From: Minisyncoccota bacterium
GTDB taxonomy: Bacteria; Patescibacteriota; Microgenomatia; UBA1400; PJMF01
Reading direction: 5' to 3'
Length of the DNA: 64,000 nt
Assembly (NCBI GenBank): GCA_018646985.1
Contig: JABGTR010000022.1
Location: forward strand, 4,343-68,342
The notes under the pieces were generated by a model that ran no database searches, was not told the DNA's origin, and was given only the letters and a program-made list of their open reading frames with translations. Positions 28,949 through 39,680 of this stretch are shown here, in pieces (the stretch's first letter is position 1; each line of letters begins with the position of its first letter). Made by a program: the position numbers and the translations under genes.

Positions 28949-30856
28949 CTAGACCTCAGCTACCCTAATTACCTCTTCAATTGTAGTCAAACCACGCAGA
29001 GCCTTCAAATACCCATCTTGCTTCATCAAAAGCATCCCATTTTTTAGCCCTGCCTGCTCCAACTCTGCTGATGAAGCATTTTTCAAAATCATCTTGCTTA
29101 CCTCAGGTGAGATGGGCATAACCTCATAGATACCAATTCGCCCCTTATACTCAGGCTCATTTTGGGGACGATTTTTCTTTGGCCTATACAACACCATTTT
29201 ATTTGGATCTTTGCCATTATTTTGACACCATTGTTGATAATTATTTCCCAAAACAGCCATCACATCTTTAACTATCTCTGGCTCAGGCTGGTACTCCTCG
29301 ATAAAGTCTTGATTAATTCTTCGCACTACTCGCTGCGCCATAATCAGCTGGATACTAGAAGCCAATAAGAACGCTTCTGCCCCCATATCAACCAACCTAG
29401 GTAAAGCTCCAGCTGCAGAATTTGTATGCAAGGTAGAGAAGACTAAGTGACCAGTTAGTGAGGCCTGAATAGCTAAGCCAACGGTCTCACTATCGCGTAT
29501 TTCTCCAACCATAATAATATTGGGGTCTTGTCTTAAAAAAGACCTCAATCCATTAGCAAAAGTCAAACCTGCTTGAGGATTTATCTGGACCTGATTAATC
29601 CCATTCATCTGGTATTCGACTGGATCCTCTAGAGTCAAGATATTTACTTTGGGCGAGTTAATAATATCTAAAATAGAGTAGAGGGTAGTGGTCTTACCAG
29701 ACCCAGTTGGACCAGTGATTAAAACGATTCCATTAGGAACCTTAATCGCCTCCCTAACTCTACTCAGAGCTAGACCATCTAAACCTAAATCAGATAAAGT
29801 TGGCACCTTCATGTTTTTTTTCAGCAACCGCATCACCACTTTTTCTCCATGAACAGTAGGTAGAGTAGAAACACGCAAATCAACCTCAGCTCCCTCAGAC
29901 TCAAAACTAAAGCGTCCATCTTGGGGGACTCTTTTTTCATCAATCTTCAAACGGGATAATATTTTAATTCTGGATACTACTGCATCATGAACAGATCTGG
30001 GTAAGATTAGTTTCTCTTGCAAAATACCATCGATCCTATACCTGATACGAGTTCTCTCAATCTCTGGTTCGATATGCACATCTGAAGCCCTAGCTTTCAT
30101 CGCAAAAGATAAGACCGTCTCCACAATCTTAGTAATTGGAGCTTGCCTGACTACTCCCTGAGAAAGATCAGCTAAGCCAACCTCATTTTTATTTTTTGCA
30201 TCACTAGTTTCTTCTAAGGCTTTAGTTACCTCACCAGATAGACTTTGAGCATATCTCTCAGCAATTTTTTGCTCAATATCAGAGGAAGTAGCATAATGAG
30301 CTTCAATCCTAAAGCCAGTTTTCTGCTGAGCGAAATCAATAGCCGTCACATCTAACGGATTTTGCATTGCTACCTTTAGAACCTTGTCTTCCTCACTAAT
30401 TGAGAAAGGTAGCATTTGGTATCTACGAGCCACACTCTCTGGCAAAGCATTGAGAGCTTCTGGGGAAACCCCTATTTCTGAGATATTAATAAAAGGCACG
30501 TGATAGAGATCAGCTTTAGCCATAGTTAAAACTTCTTCAGAAACAGTTTTATTTTTCTTAAGGAGAGCCTCAATAGTTTTACCAGTACTTAACTGTTCAA
30601 CTGATAATTTTTCTGCATCTTCACTAGTTAAATGCTGCTTAGAAACTAGAATCTCTAAAATTGAATCAAGTTTTTGATCTTGATTCTGAGTCACGGCTGG
30701 TTGAACTACTGGCTGCGGGACTGGCGAAACTGGCTGATTCAAGGGAGGCGATGATGGCTGAGTTGGAGCAGGAGTTATCTGCTGGTCAGCCAGAGGAACT
30801 GTCGTCGGCTGTGCCGAAACTGGCTGAATAGGTGGTACTTGGGCAGGTTCTGTCAT
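28949..30856 (-). CDS. pilB: Pilus assembly ATPase PilB (GspE/PulE family) with Pro/Gln-rich N-terminus
   Basis: ASDVHIEP, EKRVPQDGRF, GPTGSGKTTT, LRQDPNIIMVGEIRD, YKGRIGIYEV; ATG at 30856. Confidence 0.93.
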   Translation of the reverse strand: MTEPAQVPPIQPVSAQPTTVPLADQQITPAPTQPSSPPLNQPVSPVPQPVVQPAVTQNQDQKLDSILEILVSKQHLTSEDAEKLSVEQLSTGKTIEALLKKNKTVSEEVLTMAKADLYHVPFINISEIGVSPEALNALPESVARRYQMLPFSISEEDKVLKVAMQNPLDVTAIDFAQQKTGFRIEAHYATSSDIEQKIAERYAQSLSGEVTKALEETSDAKNKNEVGLADLSQGVVRQAPITKIVETVLSFAMKARASDVHIEPEIERTRIRYRIDGILQEKLILPRSVHDAVVSRIKILSRLKIDEKRVPQDGRFSFESEGAEVDLRVSTLPTVHGEKVVMRLLKKNMKVPTLSDLGLDGLALSRVREAIKVPNGIVLITGPTGSGKTTTLYSILDIINSPKVNILTLEDPVEYQMNGINQVQINPQAGLTFANGLRSFLRQDPNIIMVGEIRDSETVGLAIQASLTGHLVFSTLHTNSAAGALPRLVDMGAEAFLLASSIQLIMAQRVVRRINQDFIEEYQPEPEIVKDVMAVLGNNYQQWCQNNGKDPNKMVLYRPKKNRPQNEPEYKGRIGIYEVMPISPEVSKMILKNASSAELEQAGLKNGMLLMKQDGYLKALRGLTTIEEVIRVAEV

Positions 30857-30920
30857 ACAATACAAACATAATCTCATCTTATTGAGACTATCTTCTTATA
30901 CGATATACGATCCAGACATA

Positions 30921-31628
30921 ATGAGCAACGACCAGACAAATAATAACTTCATTACCCCAATTATTTTGAGTGTTTCTTCCAGCATAAATCAAGCTGAGAT
31001 AGCAACTGAGTTTATTAGAGAAGATTTTGGTTGGGATCTGACCTTGAACTCACCTCAGCTCAAAATTATTAATCAAGATCAAGAGACCATCTCGATAGAA
31101 AATATTAGAGACATAACTAGCGAGCTATCATATGCCTCTCATTTGGGGAAACCACGGGCTTTTATATTAATCGCGGCTGATCAACTTTCAGCAGCAGCCC
31201 AGCATGCTTTTTTAAAATCATTAGAGGAACCACCTGCAAATACGTTACTACTACTAGTCTCATCAGCTAAAAACAAACTCCTTTCAACTATTCTTTCTCG
31301 TTGCATCTCTCGCATCCACTCATCAACTACAGAATCTATCTCCCTCGAAAATCTACCCACAGAGCTAGAAGACCTACTTAATGATTCAAAAAGAACTTCG
31401 TACAAACAGTTAATTGAACTATCAAACAAATACAAAGACAGGGACCAAGCACTGCAGATTATCCAGCAGCTATTGTTTATCATCCAGCAACAAAGAACCA
31501 ACACCAAACAAAAGGTAAAGTTGCAGAGTCATCTTTTAAATACCCTCAGTAATTTACACGCTAACACCAACGTAAGACTCGCTTTAGAGGACTGTTTTTT
31601 CACTCTAAAAAGAGAGTTGGGAAAGTAG
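30921..31628 (+). CDS. holB: DNA polymerase III delta' subunit-like protein
   Basis: ISIENIRDI, ADQLSAAAQHAFLKSLEEPP, LLSTILSRC; N-terminally shortened. Confidence 0.8.
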   Translation: MSNDQTNNNFITPIILSVSSSINQAEIATEFIREDFGWDLTLNSPQLKIINQDQETISIENIRDITSELSYASHLGKPRAFILIAADQLSAAAQHAFLKSLEEPPANTLLLLVSSAKNKLLSTILSRCISRIHSSTTESISLENLPTELEDLLNDSKRTSYKQLIELSNKYKDRDQALQIIQQLLFIIQQQRTNTKQKVKLQSHLLNTLSNLHANTNVRLALEDCFFTLKRELGK

Positions 31629-31737
31629 TACTTAATAATACTAATCCATAAAAACCCGATTTTGACACCTCTCAATGGCTTTAATTGAGAGCTAGCTCTT
31701 CCTTTTTATGCTACAGTATGATAAAACAAATATCTCT

Positions 31738-33750
31738 ATGTCAGCTGCAGCCAAATACGATGCCAAACAAATTAAACTCCTTCAAGGGTTAGAGCCGGTC
31801 CGAAAAAGGCCTGGGATGTACATCGGTTCAACCGATACCAAGGGCCTTCATCACTTGGCTAAAGAAATCCTAGATAACTCAGTTGATGAAGCTATTGCTG
31901 GTTTTGGTAAAAAGATTCAGTTGATTAGAACTACTCCCAATGAAGTCCACCAAAAGCTGAGCCCCAAAGGAGCTTTGGGCAATGAAGCCATTATCGTAGT
32001 TGATAACGGCCGTGGTATTCCGACTGGAAAACATGAGTCTGGTTTATCAGCTATGGAAGTAGTTATGACCAAGCTTCATGCTGGTGGTAAGTTCGAAGAA
32101 ACTGCCTATCAAGCTTCAGGAGGTCTTCACGGAGTTGGATCTTCTGCTGTCAACGCCGTCTCTTCAGCCATGCAGGTCATCTCCAAAAGAGATGATAAGT
32201 ATCATTACCAAACCTACTCTCAAGGTATACCAAAGAGTAAAGTAAAGGTAATTAGTGAATCAGAAGTTAAAGAACTATTTCCAACAGCATCAAAAGAATT
32301 TGTTAACTATCAAACAGGCACAATAGTTTGTTTTGTTCCTGACACAACTATTTTTTCTACCACAGATTTTAATCAAAATGTTTTAACTCAAGTGACTAAA
32401 GACAGAGCTTACTTAATGGCTGGCCTTTACTTTGAGTTTATCGATCTGATTGGCAACGATCATCAACACTTCTACTTTGAAAATGGAATTCGCTCACTGG
32501 TCACTCACATTAATATGACCAGGAAACCTTTGCATGAGGTATTCCATACTGATAAGTTTTGGAAGGATGAAGAAACTGGTAAACAAATCGGGGTAGAGGT
32601 AGCCCTCCAGTACAATGATTCATTTAATGTTAAAGTAGACAGCTATGTTAATGTCATTAGCACTCCTGATGGCGGGACCCACATCAATGGTTTCAGAACT
32701 GCTCTAAGTAAAGTCTTGCGAGATTATGCCGAGAAGAATGAGATCCTCAAAACTGGAGAATCATTCACTATCGATGACTCGATGGAAGGTCTAACTGCAG
32801 TCGTGTTTGTCAAAATGTCAGCCAATGATCTCCAATTTGAATCTCAAACTAAAGCTAAACTTAATAACGCTGAAGCTCAACCCGCTGTTTATTATGTGGT
32901 TAAAAATGCTTTCACCACTTTCTTGGAAGAAAATCCTAAGATTGGTCGTACTATCGTCAATAAAATTTTATTAGCCTCTAGAGCTAGACTCGCTGCTCGC
33001 GCTGCTAAAGATGCGGTAGTGCGAAAAGGTGTCTTAGAAGGTAGCTCTTTGCCAGGTAAACTAGCTGACTGTCAAAGCAGAAAAGCAGAAGAGGCAGAAA
33101 TCTATATTGTTGAGGGTGACTCTGCTGGTGGCACTGCCAAACAGGGCCGTGACCGAAAATTCCAAGCTATTTTCCCACTTCGAGGTAAGATTCTTAACAC
33201 TGAAAGAGCTAGACTTGATAGAGTAGTTGCTTTTGAAGAACTCAAAAACTTAGTGATTGCCCTTGGCGCTGGAATTGGAGAAACTTTCGATATTTCTAAT
33301 TTACGATATCATCGAATTATCCTAATGAACGATGCTGATGTCGATGGTGAGCACATTACTACCCTGGGACTAACTTTCTTCTTTAGGCATTTGCCAGAAG
33401 TAGTTAAACAGGGCTACTTATATGTAGCTGTACCACCGCTCTACAAACTTACTTATGGGAAGAACGAAGCTTATGTTTACACGGAAGACGCCAAAGAAGC
33501 AAAGCTTAAGGAAATAAACAAAACTTATAAGGGTGTCCTTAAAACCCAACGTTATAAGGGTTTGGGTGAAATGAATGCCGTCCAACTCTGGGATACCACC
33601 ATGAACCCAGAAACTAGAATCTTAAAAAAGATTACTATTGCCGATGCTGAGATTGCTGATCAAACCTTTAGTGACTTAATGGGTGATGATGTAGCTCCAC
33701 GTAAAAAATTCATCCAAAAACAAGCTCAATTTGCCAAGATAGATATTTAA
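31738..33750 (+). CDS. gyrB: DNA gyrase subunit B
   Basis: GLEPVRKRPGMYIG, EILDNSVDE, SGGLHGVG, VEGDSAGG, PLRGK, DADVDG, RYKGLGEMN. Confidence 0.96.
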   Translation: MSAAAKYDAKQIKLLQGLEPVRKRPGMYIGSTDTKGLHHLAKEILDNSVDEAIAGFGKKIQLIRTTPNEVHQKLSPKGALGNEAIIVVDNGRGIPTGKHESGLSAMEVVMTKLHAGGKFEETAYQASGGLHGVGSSAVNAVSSAMQVISKRDDKYHYQTYSQGIPKSKVKVISESEVKELFPTASKEFVNYQTGTIVCFVPDTTIFSTTDFNQNVLTQVTKDRAYLMAGLYFEFIDLIGNDHQHFYFENGIRSLVTHINMTRKPLHEVFHTDKFWKDEETGKQIGVEVALQYNDSFNVKVDSYVNVISTPDGGTHINGFRTALSKVLRDYAEKNEILKTGESFTIDDSMEGLTAVVFVKMSANDLQFESQTKAKLNNAEAQPAVYYVVKNAFTTFLEENPKIGRTIVNKILLASRARLAARAAKDAVVRKGVLEGSSLPGKLADCQSRKAEEAEIYIVEGDSAGGTAKQGRDRKFQAIFPLRGKILNTERARLDRVVAFEELKNLVIALGAGIGETFDISNLRYHRIILMNDADVDGEHITTLGLTFFFRHLPEVVKQGYLYVAVPPLYKLTYGKNEAYVYTEDAKEAKLKEINKTYKGVLKTQRYKGLGEMNAVQLWDTTMNPETRILKKITIADAEIADQTFSDLMGDDVAPRKKFIQKQAQFAKIDI

Positions 33751-33767
33751 TAGTTAATAAAAAAATT

Positions 33768-34715
33768 ATGCCAACTACCTACATCATCGGCCACAAAAAA
33801 CCTGACACTGACTCAGTAGTAGCAGCAATGGCATTGCAGTATCTCTACCAACAACGAGATTGCTTTGAATATGAACAACCTCGAGCAGCTATTGTTGACC
33901 CCTTAAATCCAGAAACCAGTTACCTATTTGATAAATTTGAAGTAGAAACACCTCAGTTGATTACTACTAGCGATATGGGCTCAGATGATCAAGTTGTTTT
34001 AGTTGACCACAATGAGGCTTCACAAAGACTTGGGGGTTTAAGTGAAGATCAAATTGTAGATGTGATTGACCACCACAAGGTTAATTTAAACCTAAGCAAA
34101 CCCATCTACATGACTTTTAAAACTTGGGGCTCAAGCTGTACGATTGTTTATCATTTGATGAAACAAAATGACGTTGTCCCAGATCAAAAATTAGCCTCAC
34201 TGATGTTAGCTGCAATCCTATCTGACACCGTTGGCTTTAAAGGTGCTACCACAGATGAAACTGATAAAAAATATGGCCAAGAATTAGCAGAGATTGCCCA
34301 AATAAATAACATTGATGCCTTTGCTTTAGAGATATTTAAGGCAAAATCAGATATCAGTGCTTTAAATAATAAAGAAATTGTCCAAAATGACTATAAAATC
34401 TATGAATTTTCTCAGAAGACTTTTATTAGCCAGCTGGAAACAGTCGAGCAAGAATCATTAGTTACTACTAAAAAAGATGAACTCTTAGCAGCTATGCTGG
34501 AGGTCAAAAAACAACAAAGCGTAGAACTACTATTCGTGGCAGTGACCGATGTCTTAAAAGTAAGCACAAAGCTACTACTAGCTGGTGAAGAAGAAATTGC
34601 TATCGCTCAGGCAGCTTTTGGTGGAACTGCCATTGATAACATCTTAGATATTGGACCAAAAATGTCACGTAAAAAAGAAATCGCACCAGCAATTGAAGAG
34701 GTACTAAAAAGATAG
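33768..34715 (+). CDS. ppaC: Manganese-dependent inorganic pyrophosphatase (DHH family II)
   Basis: GHKKPDTDS, LVDHNE, IDHH, AILSDT, MSRKK. Confidence 0.93.
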   Translation: MPTTYIIGHKKPDTDSVVAAMALQYLYQQRDCFEYEQPRAAIVDPLNPETSYLFDKFEVETPQLITTSDMGSDDQVVLVDHNEASQRLGGLSEDQIVDVIDHHKVNLNLSKPIYMTFKTWGSSCTIVYHLMKQNDVVPDQKLASLMLAAILSDTVGFKGATTDETDKKYGQELAEIAQINNIDAFALEIFKAKSDISALNNKEIVQNDYKIYEFSQKTFISQLETVEQESLVTTKKDELLAAMLEVKKQQSVELLFVAVTDVLKVSTKLLLAGEEEIAIAQAAFGGTAIDNILDIGPKMSRKKEIAPAIEEVLKR

Positions 34716-34721
34716 AAAATT

Positions 34722-37469
34722 ATGACCGATCAAGACAATCAAACTCCAGCAGAAACAGTTCAAGAAGAAACCGTAGTTAATGGTGACGCCGCTAAGATCG
34801 GCACCATTGAACAAACCAAGTACGGCAAGATGAACTACATCTCAATTACCACAGAGATGGAAAAATCTTATCTAGATTACGCCATGAGCGTCATCGTCTC
34901 TAGAGCCCTTCCAGATGTCAGAGATGGCCTAAAGCCAGTCCACCGTCGTATTTTATTCTCAATGTATAAAAGTGGTATCCATCATCACAGCTCTTACAAG
35001 AAGTCTGCTCGTATCGTTGGTGACGTGTTGGGTAAATATCACCCCCATGGTGATGCTCCTGTTTACGGAGCTTTAGTTAGATTAGCTCAAGATTTTAGTA
35101 TGCGCTATATGTTAATTGATGGCCAAGGTAACTTTGGTTCAGTTGATGGCGATAGTCCAGCAGCCATGCGTTACACAGAAGCTAGAATGGCTAAAATTTC
35201 TCAAGAGTTGCTCCAAGATTTAAATAAAGATACTGTCAAGTTTTTAGATAACTTTGATGGTTCCCTACAAGAACCTTACGTTTTGCCAGCCAAACTACCT
35301 AATTTATTATTGATGGGAGCTGAAGGTATTGCTGTGGGTATGGCTACTAAGATCCCACCCAACAACTTAACTGAAGTCTGTGAAACTATTGTCGAAATGA
35401 TCGAGGGTGGTAAAGCCATTGTTGATATAGATGTGACTGAACGCATTAGTAAACTTCAAACAGAGATTGAACAGATCTCAAAAAAAGATGAGCATAAAAT
35501 TACTAGCTCCAAACTAATTGATCTCTACCTACAGGAAGAAGCTGGGAAACTAGCCGGAGAGTTCCAAGCTGAGATCACTTTTGATCAAATTATGGATCAC
35601 ATCAAGGGCCCAGACTTTCCTACTGGCGGTATCATCTATGACTTCAACAGTATCAAAGAAGCCTACCAAACTGGAAAAGGTAAGATAATTATTCGTGCTC
35701 AAGCCAGAATTGAAGAAGACAAACCAGGTAGATTTAAGATTTTAGTAACTGAGCTTCCATATCAGGTCAATAAAGCCAGACTCTTAATGAAAATTGCTGA
35801 CTTAGTTAAGAATGGTCGCATCGAAGGTATTCGTGACCTGAACGATGACTCCGATAGAACTGGGATGCAGATTACCATCGATCTCAAGAAAAATTCTCGG
35901 CCAAAAGTGGTCCTGAACAAGCTCTTCAAGTACTCACAACTCCAGACTAGTTTCCCAGTCAACATGGTGGCCCTGTCTAGTAATGGCACCCCCCAATTAA
36001 TGAACGTCAAGCAAATTTTAAGAGAATTTATTAATCACCGCCAATTAGTAATTGTCAGACGCAGTCAGTATGACTTGGCAGAAGCTAGGGATAGAGCTCA
36101 CATCTTAGAAGGATTACTAATTGCTCTTAATAACTTAGATGATGTCATTGCTACTATTCGTAAATCCAAAGATACTGACACCGCCAAGAAGTCATTGATG
36201 AGTAAGTTTGAATTAAGTGAGATTCAGTCTATCGCTATTCTTGAAATGCAGCTCAAAAGACTGGCTGCTCTAGAGCGACAGAAGATCGAAGATGAGTATA
36301 AAGCCATTAAAAAAATTATTGACGACCTCTTGACTTTGATCAGTGATCCTAAAGCTATTTTAAAAGTCATTGTAGATGAGACTAAACAACTAATTGCTGA
36401 TTATGGAGATGATCGCCGCACCAAACTAGTCAAAAGTAAGGTCGGTGAGTTCAATGAAGAAGATCTAGTTGCTAATGAAGCCGCCGTGATTACCCTGACT
36501 GAATCTGGTTACATCAAACGGATGAGCCCATCAGCCCTCAGATCTCAATCTAGAGGTGGAAAAGGCTCCAAAGGTCTAAGTATGAAAGAAGAAGACTTGG
36601 TTAAATCAATTGTCTTTACTGAAACTCATGACAACTTACTCTTGTTCACCAATCAAGGACGAGTTTTTGACCTCAAATCATTCCAGGTTCCAGAAGCTAG
36701 CCGCCAGGCTAGGGGCACAGCTACTGTTAACTTAATTAATCTTAAGCCAGAGGAAAATGTTCAATCTATTCTAGTGGTAGACCTTAAGAAAGATCAGAAT
36801 AAATTCATCACTTTGGCAACCAAGAATGGATTAGTCAAAAAGAGCTCTGTTAAATTATATGAAAATATTCGCCAATCAGGGATTATCGCCATCACTCTCA
36901 ATAAAGATGATGAGGTGGTCAGAGGGCAACTCACTCATGGTGAAGATCACATCTTGCTGACTACTAAACAGGGTAAGTCTATTCGCTTTCTAGAGAAAGA
37001 AGTTAAAAGTTCTAGCCGAGATACTAAAGGCGTAAAGGGAATTACTATTAAGAAAGATGACTATGTGATTGGAATGGAAGCTTTCTCTGATGAAACAGAA
37101 GTGGTGGGCGACAGAACAGTCGACAAACAACTTTTGGTAGTAACCGAGAATGGTCTAGGTAAACGTACCAAACTGAAAGCCTACCCGGTCCAAAAACGCT
37201 CTGGAATGGGTGTTAAGGTAGCAGACGTCACCAAAAAGACTGGTCTTATCGCTTCAGTGCGATTAGTTAAACCTACTCACAAGCAGTTGGTGATTGGTAC
37301 CAAATCAGGTCAGACTATTAAAATGCCAATCACTAAAAAATCTATTCCTACTTTGACTAGACCAACTCAAGGAGTAATTCTAATGAGACTCAAAAAGAGT
37401 GATAAGGTGGTGGCCGTTACCCTGACTGAAGAAATTGAGATTGAAGAAGAAGCAACTCCAAAGAAATAA
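34722..37469 (+). CDS. gyrA: DNA gyrase subunit A
   Basis: RALPDVRDGLKPVHRR, YHPHGD, AAMRYTEAR, GyrA-box QSRGGKG. Confidence 0.97.
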   Translation: MTDQDNQTPAETVQEETVVNGDAAKIGTIEQTKYGKMNYISITTEMEKSYLDYAMSVIVSRALPDVRDGLKPVHRRILFSMYKSGIHHHSSYKKSARIVGDVLGKYHPHGDAPVYGALVRLAQDFSMRYMLIDGQGNFGSVDGDSPAAMRYTEARMAKISQELLQDLNKDTVKFLDNFDGSLQEPYVLPAKLPNLLLMGAEGIAVGMATKIPPNNLTEVCETIVEMIEGGKAIVDIDVTERISKLQTEIEQISKKDEHKITSSKLIDLYLQEEAGKLAGEFQAEITFDQIMDHIKGPDFPTGGIIYDFNSIKEAYQTGKGKIIIRAQARIEEDKPGRFKILVTELPYQVNKARLLMKIADLVKNGRIEGIRDLNDDSDRTGMQITIDLKKNSRPKVVLNKLFKYSQLQTSFPVNMVALSSNGTPQLMNVKQILREFINHRQLVIVRRSQYDLAEARDRAHILEGLLIALNNLDDVIATIRKSKDTDTAKKSLMSKFELSEIQSIAILEMQLKRLAALERQKIEDEYKAIKKIIDDLLTLISDPKAILKVIVDETKQLIADYGDDRRTKLVKSKVGEFNEEDLVANEAAVITLTESGYIKRMSPSALRSQSRGGKGSKGLSMKEEDLVKSIVFTETHDNLLLFTNQGRVFDLKSFQVPEASRQARGTATVNLINLKPEENVQSILVVDLKKDQNKFITLATKNGLVKKSSVKLYENIRQSGIIAITLNKDDEVVRGQLTHGEDHILLTTKQGKSIRFLEKEVKSSSRDTKGVKGITIKKDDYVIGMEAFSDETEVVGDRTVDKQLLVVTENGLGKRTKLKAYPVQKRSGMGVKVADVTKKTGLIASVRLVKPTHKQLVIGTKSGQTIKMPITKKSIPTLTRPTQGVILMRLKKSDKVVAVTLTEEIEIEEEATPKK

Positions 37470-37476
37470 TAATTTG

Positions 37477-37550
37477 TGGACCTGAGGGGATTCGAACCCC
37501 TGACCTCCTGTATGCCATACAGGCGCGCTAGCCAACTGCGCCACAGGCCC
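37477..37550 (-). tRNA. tRNA-Ala(GGC)
   Basis: GGGCCTG...CAGGTCC-A with G3:U70; anticodon arm CCTGT-ATGGCAT-ACAGG. Confidence 0.95.
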
Positions 37551-37655
37551 TTTTATTTATTTTTAAAAGAGAAAACTCATTTTACCACGGAATCATCCCT
37601 AGCAAAACGCTTTTTGTTACACTTCTGATAGGCATGGCCATTCATAGTAAGTTCA

Positions 37656-38039
37656 GTGAAAAAACTTACCAAACATTGGCTCTCATTAGCAGAAAAAGAT
37701 TTTCTGGCTGCAGACTATCTTTTCAATGGTGCTCGTTACCCTCACGCCATTTACTTTTTATGTCAAGCAATCGAAAAAATACTCAAGGCAGATTTAATTG
37801 AATCCTCAGATTCAAAGCCACCACATACCCACAATCTATCTAGTCTAGTAAGAAAAGTATCATTTAAAATACCAGCTAATAATAAAGTCGCCATTGAAGA
37901 GCTAGACAAACACTATAAAAGAGTCAGATATCCAGACATTGCTCAAGTATCGTATAATACTAAAAAGAAAATTTTACCAATATTTAATCATGGTAAGAAA
38001 ATATATTTATGGATAAGAAATCAATTCAAAAAAAATTAG
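37656..38039 (+). CDS. HEPN domain protein (HEPN-MNT module)
   Basis: WLSLAEKDF, CQAIEKILKA, HTHNL, RYP. Confidence 0.85.
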   Translation: MKKLTKHWLSLAEKDFLAADYLFNGARYPHAIYFLCQAIEKILKADLIESSDSKPPHTHNLSSLVRKVSFKIPANNKVAIEELDKHYKRVRYPDIAQVSYNTKKKILPIFNHGKKIYLWIRNQFKKN

Positions 38040-38326
38040 TAAAATTTTTATATAAACTCAAGAAAAAAATTAGAGTTAATCAAATTATTGTCTTTGGCTC
38101 ACGCGCTAATGGGAATGCACATGAAGATAGCGATCTAGATCTTTTTATATTATCAGATGATTTTAAAAAAATGAACGAAGATCAACGTCTAGATTTATTA
38201 CATAAAGTAGCATCAAAAATAGATTTTGATATTGATCCATGGGGATTTACACCCAAAGAAGCAGAACAAGCCGATCCTCAAACTACTTTAGGTGATGCTT
38301 ACTTGCATGGAATAAGATTGATTTAA
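38009..38326 (+). CDS. Minimal nucleotidyltransferase (MNT)
   Basis: FGS-x10-DLD motif (FGSRANGNAHEDSDLD); overlaps the HEPN gene. Confidence 0.87.
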   Translation: MDKKSIQKKLVKFLYKLKKKIRVNQIIVFGSRANGNAHEDSDLDLFILSDDFKKMNEDQRLDLLHKVASKIDFDIDPWGFTPKEAEQADPQTTLGDAYLHGIRLI

Positions 38327-38527
38327 ATCAATCAAAATACTAATTAATATATCTATCTATTTAGCAATAGATCAATTATTCACCAAATTGAAGAGTAGGG
38401 GAGTGATAAAAAAATACCCACAAGTTAGACCGATGTATCAAGACTAATATTTAGATAACCCTATTAGCAGTCATTAAGCTACTCTGCTAATGACCGATAA
38501 CAAAAAATCCACTTACTTTAGCTAAAT

Positions 38528-39466
38528 TTACAAATCTGAGTGATATTCCCGGTGCATTTTCCTCAACTTTGGCCGAGTAACGTGAGTATAGATCTGAGTA
38601 GTCGCAATATTTTTATGACCCAGCATCTCTTGAACATCGCGCAGCCCAGCTCCATTAGAAAGTAGATCTGTGGCAAAAGTATGCCTGATGCCATGAGGAC
38701 TAATCTTAACCGGTAGCTTTGCCTGCCGGGAATACTTATCAACAATCCGCTGTACACTCCTAGTAGTCAATCTCATTGACTCACCGTCCTCAGTAATGTC
38801 CGGCTTACTCCCAGAGAAACGAATAAACACTGGCCGCCATTCGTCATCACGGCTTCCCAGCCATCTTTCTAGCCAGGCTGCTGCTCGATCACTTAAAAAC
38901 ACCACCCTAGGGCGCCGACCCTTACCAATCACCCCAAATTCACGACGACTAATGTCAACCTGATCTCTATTTAGAGAAACTAGCTCGCTAACTCGGAGGC
39001 CAGTCGAAAATAATACCTCTAGAATGGCTTTGTCCCTCAAACCTGCTTTTTTTCCTGGACTGGGTATGTTTAGAAGTCTCTCCATCTGCTCAGTCGATAA
39101 AAACTGCATATGATGAGACTCAGCCTTAGGAAGATCTACTTTTTCTGGCTGAAGAACGTCCTCATCATTTCTAATGAGCCACTTTAACCAAGAACGTAGG
39201 GCAATGATATGATATGACTGAGTTGCTTTGCTTAAAGGATCGCCATGCATATCAGTATATCTATTTAGATATACCCTAAATTTTCTTAGAATTTCCTGAT
39301 CAAGATCTTTAATATCCTTCTTGTGGGCTTGATCCTGAAACCAATCGACAAATCTATTGAGATAGTGACCGTAGTTTCTGACCGTCAATGAACTTAAATT
39401 TCGCTCAACCTCAAGGTGCTCTAAAAAATTTATGACTGATTCGCGAGGTAGAGTAGAGGTAGGCAC
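38528..39466 (-). CDS. xerC: XerC/XerD-family site-specific tyrosine recombinase
   Basis: ERNLSSLTVRNY; catalytic set LRVSEL, GKG, HGIRH, LGH, TTQIY; 312 aa; GTG start. XerC, XerD and single-Xer types cannot be told apart by eye. Confidence 0.88.
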   Translation of the reverse strand: MPTSTLPRESVINFLEHLEVERNLSSLTVRNYGHYLNRFVDWFQDQAHKKDIKDLDQEILRKFRVYLNRYTDMHGDPLSKATQSYHIIALRSWLKWLIRNDEDVLQPEKVDLPKAESHHMQFLSTEQMERLLNIPSPGKKAGLRDKAILEVLFSTGLRVSELVSLNRDQVDISRREFGVIGKGRRPRVVFLSDRAAAWLERWLGSRDDEWRPVFIRFSGSKPDITEDGESMRLTTRSVQRIVDKYSRQAKLPVKISPHGIRHTFATDLLSNGAGLRDVQEMLGHKNIATTQIYTHVTRPKLRKMHREYHSDL

Positions 39467-39680
39467 CTCTAAATACTATCAGACATTAGCAAACACCTCA
39501 AGTATCTGCTAGCCATAAACTGCTAAAAATAGCTCCTCTGTATCAATCTAAAATTAGTGATATACTTTGATATGAATTGATAATATCAAGATATAAATTC
39601 TAAAAAAGAGGATGTTGATAACAGCAGATCTTGCTTAAGACTTCTCATCATGACATCACCTCATCTTTTTTCAAGCTTAC

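Noticed and set aside
31669-31691. Hairpin CTCTCAAT-GGCTTTA-ATTGAGAG upstream of gyrB
   Set aside because: No adjacent U-tract and a single occurrence; a function cannot be assigned
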